DNA of 64,000 nt from Octopus vulgaris (GCA_951406725.2 OX597816.1:163680001-163744000); one strand, 5' to 3'; shown: positions 39,678 to 55,164, counted from the stretch's first letter. Notes: a model not told the origin generated them from the sequence alone. Translations and numbers: made by a program.

Positions 39678-40479
39678 TTTGTGTGTGAGTGTGTTTATGT
39701 GTGTGTGTATGTGTGCGCGTGCGCATGTGTATGTGTGTGTGTGCGCGTGTGCGTGCATGTGCGTATGCGCGCGTGTGTGCGTGTGTGTATGTGTGCATGT
39801 GTGGGTGTGTGACGTGTGTGTGTGTGCGTGTGTGTCTTCGCGCGTATGTATGTGTGCGTGCGTGTCTCTGTGTGTGTGCGCCCACGTGTGTGTATGTGTG
39901 TGTATGTGCATGTGTGTGTGCACGTGTGTGTGTGCACGTGTGTGTGTGCACGTGTGTGTGTGCACGTGTGTGTGTGCACGTGTGTGTGTGCACGTGTGTG
40001 TGTGCACGTGTGTGTGTGCACGTGTGTGTGTTATGTAGCTAACCAATCAGTTCGTCATTGTAATCTAAAGAGTCAGCATTCGTTATTTCTATTATTATTT
40101 TGTATTGTATAACGCTGAGTATACGTATTGATGAAAATATCTATATATAATGTTTTTATACAGAAATCAATACTGCATAAAAAAGGTTATGAAACGGCTG
40201 TAATCATAAAGAAATTATGTGAAAAAATAAATCCTTACCTACTTACCTCCTCTGATTTTATACTTTATATGTATATACTTACATATGTACATATATGTAT
40301 GTGTGTTTGTGCGTATGTGTATATATATATATATATATATAAAATAGATAGGTAGATAGATAGATACATACATGCATACATATACGCGCAATGTATATAT
40401 ATATATATATATATATAATAGATAGGTAGATACATATATGCGCATTGATCTCAATATGTATGTGTATATATATGTATAT

Positions 40480-40554
<75 letters not shown>

Positions 40555-40992
40555 TATGCATGCATGTATGAATGTATGCATGTAAATAAGGATCAATTTT
40601 TTCGCCCTCTTTTTGTACAATTATCTGTTTGTTGTTTTTTTTATTTAATGAGAACTTTATATCTCATCCCTATTTAAAGATAAAATCGGGTGTATTCATC
40701 GAAGGCGGCCAACTGGCGCCGACATTTTCCAAGAAACTGGGTCGCCGTCCTTAGCTATTGTAATGGACGTGAAATTGGAGGAGAAACCTAATGGGATTCT
40801 GTTGTCACTGCTGCTGCTGTGGGATCTATTGTAATACTTTCTGCTGCTGCTGCTCATGTTGCTGCTGCTGCTGCTGCTGCTACTGCTACCGCTCATCTTG
40901 TTGCTTTTAGAGTCGTCGTCTTCATCGTTGCTATTATTGGGCACATTATGAAAGCGACTGAACCTTCCTCCCTCGTTTTTCTTTCTTTTCTT

Positions 40993-41048
<56 letters not shown>

Positions 41049-41239
41049 GGAGTAAACACATAAATGTGAAACAAGGTGGAAAAAAGAGTACTCAAATACC
41101 AGTGGTAGAGTAATATGCTTTATTTTAAGCAGCAGAAAATTCAGCTGCTTAAAATAAAGTATATATATATATATATATATATAACAATGATAAATCTCAG
41201 AGCGAGTTATAAACAGTAGCGGTAACACATCGTGACGCG

Positions 41240-41380
41240 TATTTGCCATTTGAATATGGCTAACCCATAAGGGTGGATGCTACTGTAGTTTGTAGCCCTA
41301 GAGATATCTTCCTGGGGCTACAAACTACAGTAGCATCCACCCAAAGGAGTTATGGGTAGCCATATTCAAATGCCAAATAT
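41240..41380. repeat. Foldback related to the 44355-44985 family
   Basis: GGGTGGATGCTACTGTAGTTTGTAGCCC / GGGCTACAAACTACAGTAGCATCCACCC plus outer arms; a smaller foldback at about 41113-41164. Confidence 0.85.
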
Positions 41381-41409
41381 GGTTTAGTCCCTAGTTATCG
41401 AGCAGTTAC

Positions 41410-41440
<31 letters not shown>

Positions 41441-41488
41441 GCAATAATAAATCTCTAAACGATATATATATATATATATATATATATT

Positions 41489-41539
<51 letters not shown>

Positions 41540-42068
41540 CTCTTTTATACACTTTCACTTGTTTCAGTCATTTGACTATGGCCATGCTGGAGCACCGCCT
41601 TTTAGTCGAGCAAATCGACCCGAGGACTTTTTTCTTTGGAAGCCTAGTACTTATTCTATAGGTCTCTTTCGCCGAACCGCTAAGTTACGAGGACGTAAAC
41701 ATACCACCATCGGTTATCAAGCGATGTTGGGGGGGAGGACAAACACTGACACACAAACATGTACACACACATACATATATATACATATATACGACGGGCT
41801 TCTTTCAGTTTCCGTCTACCTAATCCACTCACAAGGCTTTGGTCGGCTCAAGGCTATAGTAGAAGACACTTGCCCAAGGTGCCACGTAGTGGGACTGAAC
41901 CCGGCACCATGTGGTTGGTAAGCAAGCTACTCACCACACAGCCACTCCTGCACCTATATATATATATATATAAAGTTAATCCAAACAAGAAAACAGAAAG
42001 ACAACAACACAAGGACGTGGAACAAATAAAGTATTATTGGACGCTCAGGAAAGAAGGGAAGAAGGAGG

Positions 42069-42103
42069 GCTTGACGTTTCGAGCGGAGCTCTTCGTCGGA
42101 AAC
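42069..42103 (-). ncRNA. Minimal hammerhead candidate (U4C core variant) in repeat 41970-42175
   Basis: GUUU CCGACGA A GAGC-ucc-GCUC GAAAC GUC AAGC. Confidence 0.62.
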
Positions 42104-42277
42104 ATAGGAGAAGGAAAGATCCCGAGAAGGGAAGACAGAAGAAAAAAATCGTTAGTGATACAGACGAGGTCACATACTAATATATATATATATATACATC
42201 CAAAACTGCTATATTATCAGATAAATTCATTCGCTTTCCTCATTCCCTCTCTTTTTCTCTCTCTCTCTTTCTCTCTG

Positions 42278-42314
<37 letters not shown>

Positions 42315-42504
42315 CATACCGCAACGTCTTTTCATCCTTTCCAACACTCATTTGAATTCACACTTAAAACATTTTTACTGTAGTTTTCTTACTGGTTTTT
42401 CGAGTAACTCTATTCTTTCTTTACAACTTTTCTGTATCGATTTTGTATTTGGCTTGCAAGATTCTTGATGGGAATTCGTGTGTTGAAGCAAATCTTGTTT
42501 TGTC

Positions 42505-42692
42505 TTGACCTGAAGAAAATTCTAACTGGGCCTCATCTGCAAGGTCATGTGCTGTTTATCTTGATATGAGATCACCATGACGTGCACATATGGTTGTGTT
42601 GCATGTGCCTGATGTACTCTTATCAGACGGTTAGTCATGATGAGTATACCAGTATCACTTTGATAACATGCACTGCTCACTCACTAAATAAA

Positions 42693-42781
<89 letters not shown>

Positions 42782-42811
42782 TGATGATGATGTTGATGAT
42801 GATGATGATGT

Positions 42812-42893
<82 letters not shown>

Positions 42894-43177
42894 TCACTTT
42901 TGGAAACATGGGTGGTTCGTTCAACATCCTTAAACAATCTTTATTCAGGGACCTTTTGAGCGGGATGGGCTACTCGACCAGAAGAAAATTCTAGCTGGGC
43001 CCCACCTGCAAGGTCATGCGCTGTTTATCTTGATATGAGATCACCATGTCGCGCACATATGGTTGTCATGCATATGTCTAGTGTACCCTTATCAGACGGG
43101 TAGTCATGATGAGTATACTGCGCTTCGTACATTTTACCCCCAGTGTCACTTTGATGGTATGCACTGCTCTCTCACTC
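42505..43177 (+). mobile_element. Two tandem 5'-truncated E1 copies (42505-42685 and 42891-43177), each followed by (TAA)n
   Basis: Reverse complement of 29524-29810; orientation follows the strand of the TAA tract. Confidence 0.88.
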
Positions 43178-43196
43178 AATAATAATAATAATAATG

Positions 43197-43263
<67 letters not shown>

Positions 43264-44041
43264 TAATAATAATATTTTTTTATTAGCCACAAGAGATAGC
43301 ATTAAAATATATTGAGCGTAAAAGAAAGGTTTAAAAAATGTATGGCATGGGGGAAAAAAAGTAATGTAATTATAAATGAGGGTGAAAAGCTTTTTATATT
43401 TAAAGCGGAAACCAGCTAAAACATATAAACATAGATAATTACACAAAAATTGGTCTAATTAAAACAAGATATAATTAAATAGAAAATAAACAAGAAAAGA
43501 GTAATTAGGTAACATCGCTTACACACGGTTAAGAAACCATTGAGCTAGATCGGGTTAACACCCCGAATTTCTAGGCGCCCATCATTGTGCATGTTTTTGT
43601 TTCATTCATCCAAAGGCACCAGTTAATGTTATTCGCTTGGCTAATTCCGCCGAGGTCGACTTTGCTTGGAACCTTTCGGGATCAATCAGCAAAGGTATCA
43701 TTTGAGCACTGGGGTTGAAAATCTATATATGAATATCCCAGAGTGAGATTTCCTCGAAAGCGGAGGCCTGACCACACGCTAAAATTGAGTTAAGGCAGCG
43801 AGTTGGAAACCATGGTCCGTGTGTGGTATTTCGCTTCATCGTTTTTACGTTCTGAGTTCAAATTCCACGGAGGTCAATTTTGCTTTTTATGTGCTTGGGG
43901 GCATGGAGCCGGTAAGAGGGGGTGCAGGGGGCTGGAAAATGCAACAGTAACATCCCTACTTACTTGTCCTCAGCCATATTCAGATGGCTTTAGTCCTGAA
44001 TAAAAAGTGATCTGTCTAAAGTTGGTGGAATTATTTTTTCT

Positions 44042-44080
<39 letters not shown>

Positions 44081-44289
44081 AAGACCTTACTCTTTTCCAC
44101 GTTTAGGTCATTTGACTGCGGTCATGCTGGACCACCACCTTAAGTCAAGCAAATCTTATTCTTTGTAAGCTTAGTACTTATTCTATCAGTCTCTTTTGCC
44201 GAACTGCTAAGTTTTGGGGACATATACACACCAACATCGGTTGTCACAGATACACACATAAATATAAATACATACATATGCGCATATGT

Positions 44290-44354
<65 letters not shown>

Positions 44355-44357
<3 letters not shown>

Positions 44358-44985
44358 CATAAGGGACTAAAGCCATCTGAATATGGCTAGGGACAGGGCA
44401 GGGTGGTGGGGGTGTTACTGTTGCATTTAGCCCCAGGCGAACATCGACGTCGCCAGATAGGCTTGACACCATCACGGTGTCCTTTAACCTGCAAAGGGAG
44501 ATAATTCCCCGATGAAGCGGAAACCACACACGGACCATGATTTCAAGGTGTATTGCCTATCGTCAACGTGTGGTAGGCCTCCGCTTCCTCGACGAAATCT
44601 CACTCTGCAGGATATTCATATATAGATTTTCAAGCAAAATACATTTGCTGATTTCGAAAATCTGTTCGACAGCAATAATAATTCTCTAAAAGAGATATAG
44701 ACAGTAACTGCTCGATAACATAAGGGACTAAAGCCATCTGAATATGGCTAGGGACAGGGCAGGGTGGTGTAACACCCCCACCACCCTGCCCTGTCCCTGC
44801 CCTTTGCAGGTTAAAGGACACCGTGATGGTGTCAAGCCTATCTGGCGACGTCGATGTTCGCCTGGGGCTAAATGCAACAGTAACACCCCCACCACCCTGC
44901 CTGTCCCTAGCCATATTCAGATGGCTTTAGTCCCTTATGTTATCGAGCAGTTACTGTCTATATCTCTTTTAGAGAATTATTACTA
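44355..44985. mobile_element. Partial-tandem plus inverted (pLTR-like) insertion splitting a SINE-A at its (TA)n
   Basis: Block 44355-44498 is partly repeated directly at 44715-44770 and inverted at 44800-44945; interior 44510-44632 matches the reverse complement of 43715-43822. Confidence 0.85.
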
Positions 44986-46139
44986 TATATATATAAATAT
45001 ATATATATACAATAGACTCCTTTCAGTTTCTGCCTGCCAAATCCACTCGCAAGGCTTTGGTCGGGCCGAGGCTATAGTAGAAGACACTCGTCCAAGGTGC
45101 CACGCAGTATGAACCCTGAACCATGGGAAGCAAGCTTTTTACCACACAGTCACGCCTGTGAAAAAATTTTGGGACCTGTGTTTGCAAATTTCGTTTCGGA
45201 GCCAGTGCTGGGGAGTTAATAAAATAATTAACAGCTGAGCACCGGGGTTCAATGTAATCGACTTACATTCTCCGCTGAAATTGCTGGCCTTGTGCCAAAA
45301 TTTGAAATCAATATTATCAGCGTGGTTTGGGGTAGACAGCATCGTGCGTTGTCAGTATGTTCTTGTTTGCATTCTATTGTTGTCTTCCTATTTGCAACAA
45401 CTTTTTCCTAGCGTGTCCCCTACATTCTGACATCCCAACTGCATCTTGGTTATTTTTACATCACAGGAATACCTCTTCTACCACAGACGCATGATTTCGC
45501 CTGTCAGATGTTGGTTTGATCTTTGAAGGACGGTGTATCTTATTACAGCATCGCCCGCCTCTTCCTCATCTTCTTGATTGATCTGAAGGGCCTTATTGTT
45601 ATATCAAGAACAGTCCTCTTCCTCACGTATTTTTGTTTATGTTCTATAAGTTGTCCAAACGCTTGCTTTTATAACCCATGACTTTGTTTTGAGCTGGAGG
45701 AAATTCTTACTTTTTCTTGTTACTTTCTTTGATGGGACTTCATCCCTACTCCCATTTTTCCCTTTCAGAGTCTGACAGTTATTCTTGAAGTCTTATTTAA
45801 CTTCCATTTCTTTCCCCAAGCTCCAAGACGATGAAGTTGCGCTAATATCAACTGGTACAGCCGTAAGACAAGTAATTTGTTCCCTAGTTTCCGAGATTTG
45901 GCACGAGTTAATTTCAGCCAATATCCGGAGCTATCACTGATGATACTGAAGAAACTAACCTGTTCCTCTTTCTCATTTCTCTACCTCACCCCTGATTTTC
46001 ACAGCTTTCCTATCTCTGCCCGTGATCAGAGATTCACATATTTCTTCAGGGCCCTCAAATGGTCCTTAGCACTACATGTTTAATAATTAGGTCTTTTACT
46101 CCTGCGCAATCAGTCTCATACTCTTTATCTCAGCACCCA

Positions 46140-46346
46140 CAACAGAGTGCGTCTCCCTCGTTCACGGCTCTGTAACGAGGAGGTGGAATCTGCAGAACAT
46201 CTCTGGCTGAGATGTCCGGCCCTAATGATGGAACGCTATATCAGCCAACTAGGGGCTACAATGGATGAGATGATTCGTCTCCCTTCCACGGCTCTAGCTC
46301 TTCTGAGAGTTATCCTCAGGTGCTTCAGGTGACCAACAACAACAAC
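46140..46346 (+). mobile_element. LINE 3' end with C-terminal zinc knuckle and (CAA)n tail (I/Nimb/Ingi-like)
   Basis: SRLCNEEVESAEHLWLRCPAL...ALALLRVILRCFR* then CAACAACAACAAC; first Cys lost. Confidence 0.65.
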
Positions 46347-47345
46347 CCACAACAGGGCACAGCTCTCAAATATCCATGCGGCTTTCAGGGATCTTCATAA
46401 CTGGTAAATCCATCTTGAACCTCCACTCCAAATCACGTCAATTCTGAACTCATCACCCATCCACCCGCATTGTTACAAAAGTGACTCTCAGTCAAGGGTA
46501 CGCACTCACCACCATCATCACCGCCATCATCATTATCATTGCCACCATCACTGCCATTGCCATCACCGCTGCCACCACCACCACCACCACCATCATCATC
46601 ACCATCATCATCATTATCATCATCATCAATAGTTTTGAGAAGGAGACGTTAGTCGAAACTATCGACCTCAGAATTCGGTGAATACTTTATTTGAACCCGG
46701 AGGAATGGAAAGTAAAGTTGTCTCCGGTGGAATTTGAACGTAGACCATAAAAAGTCGGAAGAAATGCAGCTAAGCATATTGTCCGATATGCAAAAGATTT
46801 TACCCGCTCGCGGCTTTCGTTTGCAAATTTTGGCAACAGACCAACAAATATCAGAGGTGAAGAAAACAGTTTTTGTTCTGGTTTTGTCCACCCCACTTCC
46901 TGAAGACTGTGTTCTGAGAATGAGGAAAAATATGAAGAGAGCATGGGGCGTGGGGAGTGGAGGGGGAGGAGGAGGAGGGAGATAATAAAAAAGAGAAGAG
47001 GAAAAAGAAGAGGGGAGGGAGGAGGAGGAGGTAGAAGTGGAAAACTTTTAATAACTGCTTTTAACAAACGGAATGAGGTCATAACTCGTGTCTGTTCCCA
47101 TTCGGTGTCAACGTTTTACGAAAATATATATATAATGTGGGTTAATTACAAGAGCAGAAATAACTAATTAAAATGCGATCGTTAAAAGGCGCAAGCATGG
47201 CCGCGTGATCAAGAAGCTTGTTTTGCTGCCACGTAGTTTCGAGTTCAATCCCTCTGCGCCGAACCTTGGTTGACTTCTACAGTAGCCTTGGGTCGACAAA
47301 TGCATTTGTGAGTGAATTTGGTAGACGGAAACAGTGTAGAACCCG

Positions 47346-47382
<37 letters not shown>

Positions 47383-47414
47383 TGTGTGCGTGTATATATG
47401 TATGTATATATATG

Positions 47415-47730
<316 letters not shown>

Positions 47731-47833
47731 AATGAATATTTTCAAAGAGGAAGAATTTACGGATTTTTTCTCTTACGAGGTTTTTCACGCTGACTACTGA
47801 TAATTTCTTTTAAAGATTTTATCCTCAATTGTT

Positions 47834-47893
<60 letters not shown>

Positions 47894-47917
47894 CACATAT
47901 ATATATATATACACACA

Positions 47918-48146
47918 CACGAAGGGGTGCTGAAATGTTTCTGGGTTTGGGTAAAAGAAAATACAGGAAGATCAGTTAATTATGATTTTATTCAACATAT
48001 TCCTCTCTCGGATTCACATGCTTATTAAAGCTGTCCTTCGGCTTTTAAATAAAACCCTTTAAAATAACTCAGAACATTTGGTTTCCAGCTAGGCCTTTCG
48101 CGATACCCTTAAAGGCAGGAACATTTTAACCCCCCACCCCACCGTA
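47918..48146 (-). mobile_element. Mariner-derived non-autonomous element
   Basis: Termini CGAAGGGGTGCTGAAATGTTTCTGG / GCAGGAACATTTTAACCCCC..CGTA; vestige of the KCVxxxGxYVE* transposase end. Confidence 0.6.
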
Positions 48147-48167
48147 AATGCACACACACACATATGT

Positions 48168-48246
<79 letters not shown>

Positions 48247-48564
48247 AGATTTTTTTTGCGTGATGAGATAAAAAAAAAACAAGGCTGTATAGATATTAGA
48301 GCACTATAAATGCTCTTCTATCTATAAATGCTCTAATATCTATACAGCCATGGTTTTTTTTTTATCTCATTACGCAAAAAAGATTTTATATACACACGCT
48401 GACATAGAACCAGTGTTGAACCCTTTATTCGCAATATTACCGAATCTGGAACTTAACTATGGTCTGTCTATAGCACTTCTTCAGCATTACCTGACACCTC
48501 TGGGTCTCAATGACACCACTATTTCTTATAACCTCAACTTCTCGCTAATATAAGCACTTATCCC

Positions 48565-48627
<63 letters not shown>

Positions 48628-48630
<3 letters not shown>

Positions 48631-49003
48631 TTATATATAAAAGAGAGGTTGTGTGTCTGTCTCCTACGATTTAGATTCCTAACTACTCTCACATTTTGCG
48701 GTGCAGTTTAACCAAAACCGGGTATCTTATAGTCGTGATTCATATCGAGCCCTTCTGGGTATTAGCGCGCGTCTACGATGAGTCAACGATTTAAAAAAAA
48801 AATTACCATCATTTTTTTCCATTTTAATGCATTTTTTCGCTATTATATAAGGGAAGTAACTCTCTAAAAATGTCTACGATGAGTCAACGACTTTTAAAAA
48901 AAATTACCATCATTTTTTTGCTATTTTTTGGCTATAACTCTCTAAAAATGCTTATATAGTTATTTCCCTTACAAACCCGAGCAACGCCGGGCGATACTGC
49001 TAG
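48628..49003 (+). mobile_element. Non-autonomous Helitron
   Basis: A|TC start, hairpin plus CTAG end, within (TA)n; close match to 20533-20947. Confidence 0.87.
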
Positions 49004-49627
49004 AATATATATATATATATATATATATATACAAGCAACGTAGCTAGTCCTAAAATCTCTAAACGATATATATATATAGTTGAAATTTATATAAAAATAA
49101 ATGAGGAGACAGGTGTATGAACAACAAGCAAGTGTTTTTGTTTGCCGCTCGGGAAAAATGAAAGAGAGCTTTTACGTTTCAAGCCTACGCTCTTCAACAG
49201 AATTGAATAAGATGAATTATTCACTAAACAGAGACAGAGAATGAATGAAAAAACGTGTAAGATTCAGAGGTGAAGCATGTATATACGACAGGCTTCTTTC
49301 AGTTTCTGTCTATCAAATCCACTCACAAAGCTTCGGTCGGTCCGAGCCTATGGCAGAAGACACTTTGAGCAAGCAACGGGGCTGAACCCGGAACCATGCT
49401 CGACCTATATTTTTGTGTGTAGTTTTGTCTGTGTATCCAAAAATGAACACGTGAATTCGTTTTTAGCGTCTGCCTATGTGTGTGGTTGTGTATGTGCGTT
49501 TTGAGTGACCTTGTGTATGTCTGTGTCAATGTGAATGTAAATGCACACCTATATGTCTCTGTGGGTTTGTGTGTACGATTATGAAGACGTGTATATGCAT
49601 GCGTGTGTTTGTATATATGTGTGTCTA

Positions 49628-50011
49628 TGTTGTGGTACTCCGTCGGTTACGACGACGAGGGTTCCAGTTGATCCAATCAAAGGAACATCCTGCTTGTGAA
49701 ATTAACGTGCAAGTGGCTGAGAGCTCCACAGGCACGTGTACCTTCTCATAGTTCTCGGGGAGATTCAGCGTGACCCAGAGTGTGACAAGGCTGGCCCTTT
49801 GAAATACAGGTACAACAGAAACAGGGAGGAAGGGGTAACAGAAAATGGTGAAAGAGTGCAGCAGGGTTGGCAAATACCCCGTGCCGGAGCCTTGTGAAGC
49901 TTTTAGGTGTTTTCGCTCCATAAACACTCACAACGCCCGGTCTGAGAATCGAAACCGCATTCCCACAATCACGAATCTGCTGTCCTAACCACTGGACCAT
50001 TGCGCCTCCAC
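49628..50011 (-). mobile_element. SINE-C head with tail type 2
   Basis: Same tRNA head as 62489 but a different 3' half (GTCACGCTGAATCTCCCCGAGAAC..GGAACCCTCGTCGTCGTAAC); second copy at 57497-57818. Confidence 0.85.
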
Positions 50012-50106
50012 GTATCTATGTATATACATATGTACCCATACATATCTGCGTGCCAACATGTGTATAATTATTTCTATTTTTATAAAAACAAGTACAATAT
50101 TTATAT

Positions 50107-50107
<1 letters not shown>

Positions 50108-50162
<55 letters not shown>

Positions 50163-50945
50163 ATTTGGCTCAAAAGCAAATAGCAAGGCCATGTAGGGGG
50201 ACATGGAGTTAAGTACAGGGTGGTGTTCATGTAAAGAGTTCAGGCCACTTGAGGTCCAGGGAGGCTTTGAACAAAGCGGTCGTCGGCATCTTCACCATCT
50301 CATCTGGCAGCTTGTTCCACGGATCCGCAACCCGGACGGAGAAAGCTCCTCTCCTTCGATTGAGATGAAATCGTCGCAGGTAGAGCTTTTCGGAATGACC
50401 CCGCAGCCGACGCTCCGGAGCAGGAATGAAGAACAGCTCTTTCGAGAGGTTACACTTCCCGCTTATGATGCTGTGGGCGAGAATGAGATCACCACGGCGG
50501 CGGCGTTTTTCTAGGGAATAAAGGTCGAGCGTCCTCAGCCTTTCTTCGTAGGACAAATTTTTGAGACCATGAACCAGGCGGGTAGCCAGCCTCTGGACTC
50601 TTTCGAGGTGCTGTATGTCTTTGAGGAGATAAGGAGAAGAGGCTTGAATCCCATACTCCAATATGGGTCTCACCAGCGTGACATAGAGTGGCAGGAATAT
50701 GGCTGCTGTGAGCACTCCGAATGACCGTCGAATCAAAAACAGAATTCCGCGCGCTTTGTTGGCAGCATGGACGCACTGGGCCGAAGGCGAAAAGGAGGAA
50801 TCCACCAAGATACCCAGGTCCTTTACCTGATCGGTCCTCTCCAGCAGCAGACGACCCGGCTCGAAATCAAGTTGAGTTGTAGGAGTAGAGCCGACAGGCA
50901 GATGACAGCACTTTGACACGTTCAGACACAGGTCCCAATCGTTAG
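50108..50945 (-). mobile_element. CR1-clade LINE, 5'-truncated, with (CTAA)n tail
   Basis: Open frame W.L.LNVSKC, KDLGILVD, LYVTLVRPILEYG, LERVQRLATR, SYEERL..L.LYSLEKRRRRGDLI, LRGH, FSVRVADPWNKLP, FK..LD to stop 50227; short UTR; tail 50108-50162. Confidence 0.95.
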
Positions 50946-50948
50946 TGC

Positions 50949-51015
<67 letters not shown>

Positions 51016-51971
51016 TTTGCGCGCATTTCTGTGTCTGTACACACGCACACACACACACCCTAATTTCATTATAAGTGGGAAAAAATATTCACGAAGTGTT
51101 ACTAAGAGATTCACGTGACCGTTCATATACGCGTGTACCTAATTGTGTCTTTGTGTATGTGTGTCTTTGCGTGTGTATGTATATGTGTGAGGCTAGGTTG
51201 TATGTGTGTGTGTGTGTGTGTATGCACGCGTGTGCGTGTGTAAATGTTTGTATAATCTTCTGTTTATGTTCGTGTGTAATACTAGTTGGTTGTACAGCCA
51301 TTGGTGAGTGTTGTAACGTACGTATGTGTGTGTGTGTATGTGTGTATGTGTGTATGTGTGTGTGCTTATGTGCGTGTGTGTGTGCTTATGTGCGCGCGTG
51401 TGTGTGTGTGCACGGGTGTGTGTATTTCTTTGTGTGTTTCTGTGTTTCTTTATGTGTTTTTCTGTATGTATGTGTGTGTGTTCGCGTGTGTGTATTTCTG
51501 TGTGTGTATGTGTGTTTATGTGCGTACGTGTGCGTGTGCATGCTTTTCTCTGTGTGTGTTCATGTGTGTGTGTTCATGTGTGTGTTTGCATGTGTGTGTG
51601 TTCATGTGTGTGTGTGCATGTGTGTGTGTTCATGTGTGTGTTTGCATGTGTGTGTGTTCATGTGTGTGTGTGCATGTGTGTGTGTTCATGTGTATGTGTG
51701 CGCGTGCATGCTTTTCTCTGTGTGTGTGTGCATGTGTGTGTGTGCATGTGTGTGTGTGCATGTGTGTGTGTTCATGTGTGTGTTTGCATGTGTGTATGTT
51801 CATGCGTGTGTGTGCATGTGTGTGTGTTCATGTGTATGTGTACGTGGGTATTTCTGTGTGTGTGTGTGTGTGTTTCTGTGTGTGTGTTTTCTGTATCATT
51901 GTGTATGTGTATCTGTCTTTCTGTGTGGGTGATCGTTTGTGCTTCTCTCTCTCTCTCTCTCTCTTTCTTTC

Positions 51972-52038
<67 letters not shown>

Positions 52039-52226
52039 CCCCTCTGAATCAGGAAGTGATTAATTTAGATATACATTTAAAGAAATATGAAATCAAAATA
52101 GAAAATAACACAAACAACACAAATAAGATTCATATATTTGCAGGTTTCAAGTGGAAATCCAAATATATTTAGGACTAATTAATCGATAAGAAATAATAAA
52201 ATGTCCGAATTAATTAGGTTCCGTCG

Positions 52227-52278
<52 letters not shown>

Positions 52279-52317
52279 CATACACACACACATATATATA
52301 TATATAAATATATATAT

Positions 52318-52357
<40 letters not shown>

Positions 52358-52360
52358 CAT

Positions 52361-52455
<95 letters not shown>

Positions 52456-52626
52456 CATCTATATACATGTGTACGAGTATGTGCGTCAATGTGTATGTAT
52501 GTATGTATGTATGTATGTATGTATGTATGCATATATCTATCTATATGTGTGTGTTGTATGTGTGTATGTACGTATGTTCGTGTGTATGTGTGTATGTACG
52601 TAAGTTTGTGTGTGTGTGTGTGTGTT

Positions 52627-52658
<32 letters not shown>

Positions 52659-52804
52659 CGTGTGTGTGTGTGTGTGTGTAAAACGTAAATGAGCATATTT
52701 ACTAAAGTATACATTAGTAGATATCTTCACAAGCACAAACACACATGTATTTATATATACAGACACACATGCGGACACACACACGTACACATACATGCAG
52801 ACAC

Positions 52805-52836
<32 letters not shown>

Positions 52837-53078
52837 ATGTATGTATGTATGTATGTATGTATGTATGTATGTATGTATGTATGTATGTATACTTATATGT
52901 GTATGTGTGTGCATGTATTAACGTATGTAAAGGAACCGGAAACAAGGCGAGTAGTCATCTGTTAATGAAGGGAAATTCTTATCCTTGTCGGTGCATTTTC
53001 CATCTCCTATTCGTATGGCTTGCTCTCTAGATTGAATTTTAATTACAGACACACATACATATATAACATACATACATC

Positions 53079-53153
<75 letters not shown>

Positions 53154-53272
53154 TATATATTATATTATATATATATATGCATGTATGTGTATATGTATGT
53201 ATGTATCTATCTATCTATCTATCTACGTCTATAATTAAATCTAGAGAACAAATACATATATATATATATATT

Positions 53273-53338
<66 letters not shown>

Positions 53339-53430
53339 TATATATATATATATATGTATATGTACAAATACATACATATATATATATATATGTATGTTCG
53401 TATGTATGTTTGTATGTATGTATGTATGTA

Positions 53431-53539
<109 letters not shown>

Positions 53540-53620
53540 GTACAAATACATACATATATATATATATGTATGTTCGTATGTATGTTTGTATGTATGTATG
53601 TATGTATGTATGTATGTATA

Positions 53621-53668
<48 letters not shown>

Positions 53669-54689
53669 TTTGTATATAATCATAATCGTTGTCGTCATCG
53701 TCGTCATCATCATCATCATCGTAGTCATGTTTTGGAGCGTATTTTTTCCTATACTTTGTTGATGTTGTTGTTGTTGTTTTTATTGGCATTGAACTTTTTT
53801 GTTTTCATTTATATTTTCTTGTTTTATGCGTGTTTTTCATCTTTGTTGGTATTATTTATGTTGTTGTTACTGCTACTGCTGTTGCTCTTCTTCTTCTCCT
53901 CCTCCTTTTTTCTTCTTCTTCTTCTTCTTGATATTGTAATTATTTTTTTTTTTTTGTCATTAATCATATTAACACCAGTGAAATGAATATGTGTAATAGA
54001 AGAAATCGAGGACGACACAATGTATGGCCCCGAGATGCAGTGTTCTTAAAAAAAAAAGCCTTCCTCTTCAGTCAAACACTCATTGACTTTTTAAAGTTCC
54101 TCTTGGAAAGGTAAGTGAGGGCGGAGAGCGAAATGCTCTCTCACCCAGTGAATTTGTAAAAAGGTGGCTGACTGTGACAGAAATGGTTAAGGTGAATGAA
54201 TAGCCCGACTCTGCGTACGCATCTGCAGATTGGGGAGCAACAGATGGGCAACGGCTTTCTGTTTCTGGTGCTCAAGTTAATTACTCTTTTACTCTTTTAC
54301 TTGTTTCAGTCATTTGACTGCGGACATGCTGGAGCACCGCCTTTAGTCGAGGAAAATCGACCCCAGGACTTATTCTTTGTAAGCCTAGTACTTATTCTAT
54401 TGGTCTCTTTTGCCGAACCGCTAAGTTACAGGGACGTAAACAAACCAGCATCGGTTGTCAAGCGATGTTGAGGGGCGTGGGGCAAACAGACACACAAACA
54501 CACACACATATATATACATACATATACATATATACGACGGGCTTCTTTAAGCTTCCGTCTATCAAATCCACTCACAAGGCTTTGGTCGGCCCGAGGCTAC
54601 AGTAGAAGACACTTGCCCAAGGTGCCACGCAGTGGGACTGAACCCGGAACCATGTGGTTGGAAAGGAAGCTTCTTACCACACAGCCAAT

Positions 54690-55056
54690 AAAGAACTGAA
54701 GACTATACCAACCACAGAACTAAACGGCACTTCATTATAGCAAAGAGCCCGTCTCTCTATCAAGGATAAGGACCCTGTACTATAACAGCTTGGGTTTCGC
54801 AGTCCCACAACTGTACAGCATTCTGCCAGACAACCTCAAAGATTTGCGCGGTGTAGATATGGAGGTCTTCCAAGTATGTCTGGACAAATTTTTATCTGAA
54901 ATACCAGATGAGCCCACATCGGGGCAGGATGCGCAAAGGAAGGGCGGCTCCGTCCAACTCGCTTCTTCACCAAAAGCAGAAGAGAAAAGAGACCCAAACA
55001 CACTGAAAGGTAGTGCTCCACCATGTCCTCATCTCCTGGCTGAAACCAATGTAACA
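54690..55056 (+). mobile_element. LINE 3' end, degenerate (group of 11487-11680)
   Basis: SLGFAVPQLYSILPDNLKDLRGVDMEVFQVCLDKFLSEIPDEPT; tail GGTAGTGCTCCACCATG..GCTGAAAC. Confidence 0.75.
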
Positions 55057-55074
55057 AAAAATGTGTGTGTGTGT

Positions 55075-55118
<44 letters not shown>

Positions 55119-55164
55119 ATGTATGTGTGTACGTACGTACGAATGAATGCATTTATGTACGTGT

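Noticed and set aside
45320-45830. Possible old R4/Dong N-terminal remnant on the minus strand
   Set aside because: Only faint peptide resemblance across many stops; cannot be supported without a profile search.
50108-50162. (TTAG)n as telomeric repeat
   Set aside because: It is the (CTAA)n tail of the adjacent CR1 element, not TTAGGG.
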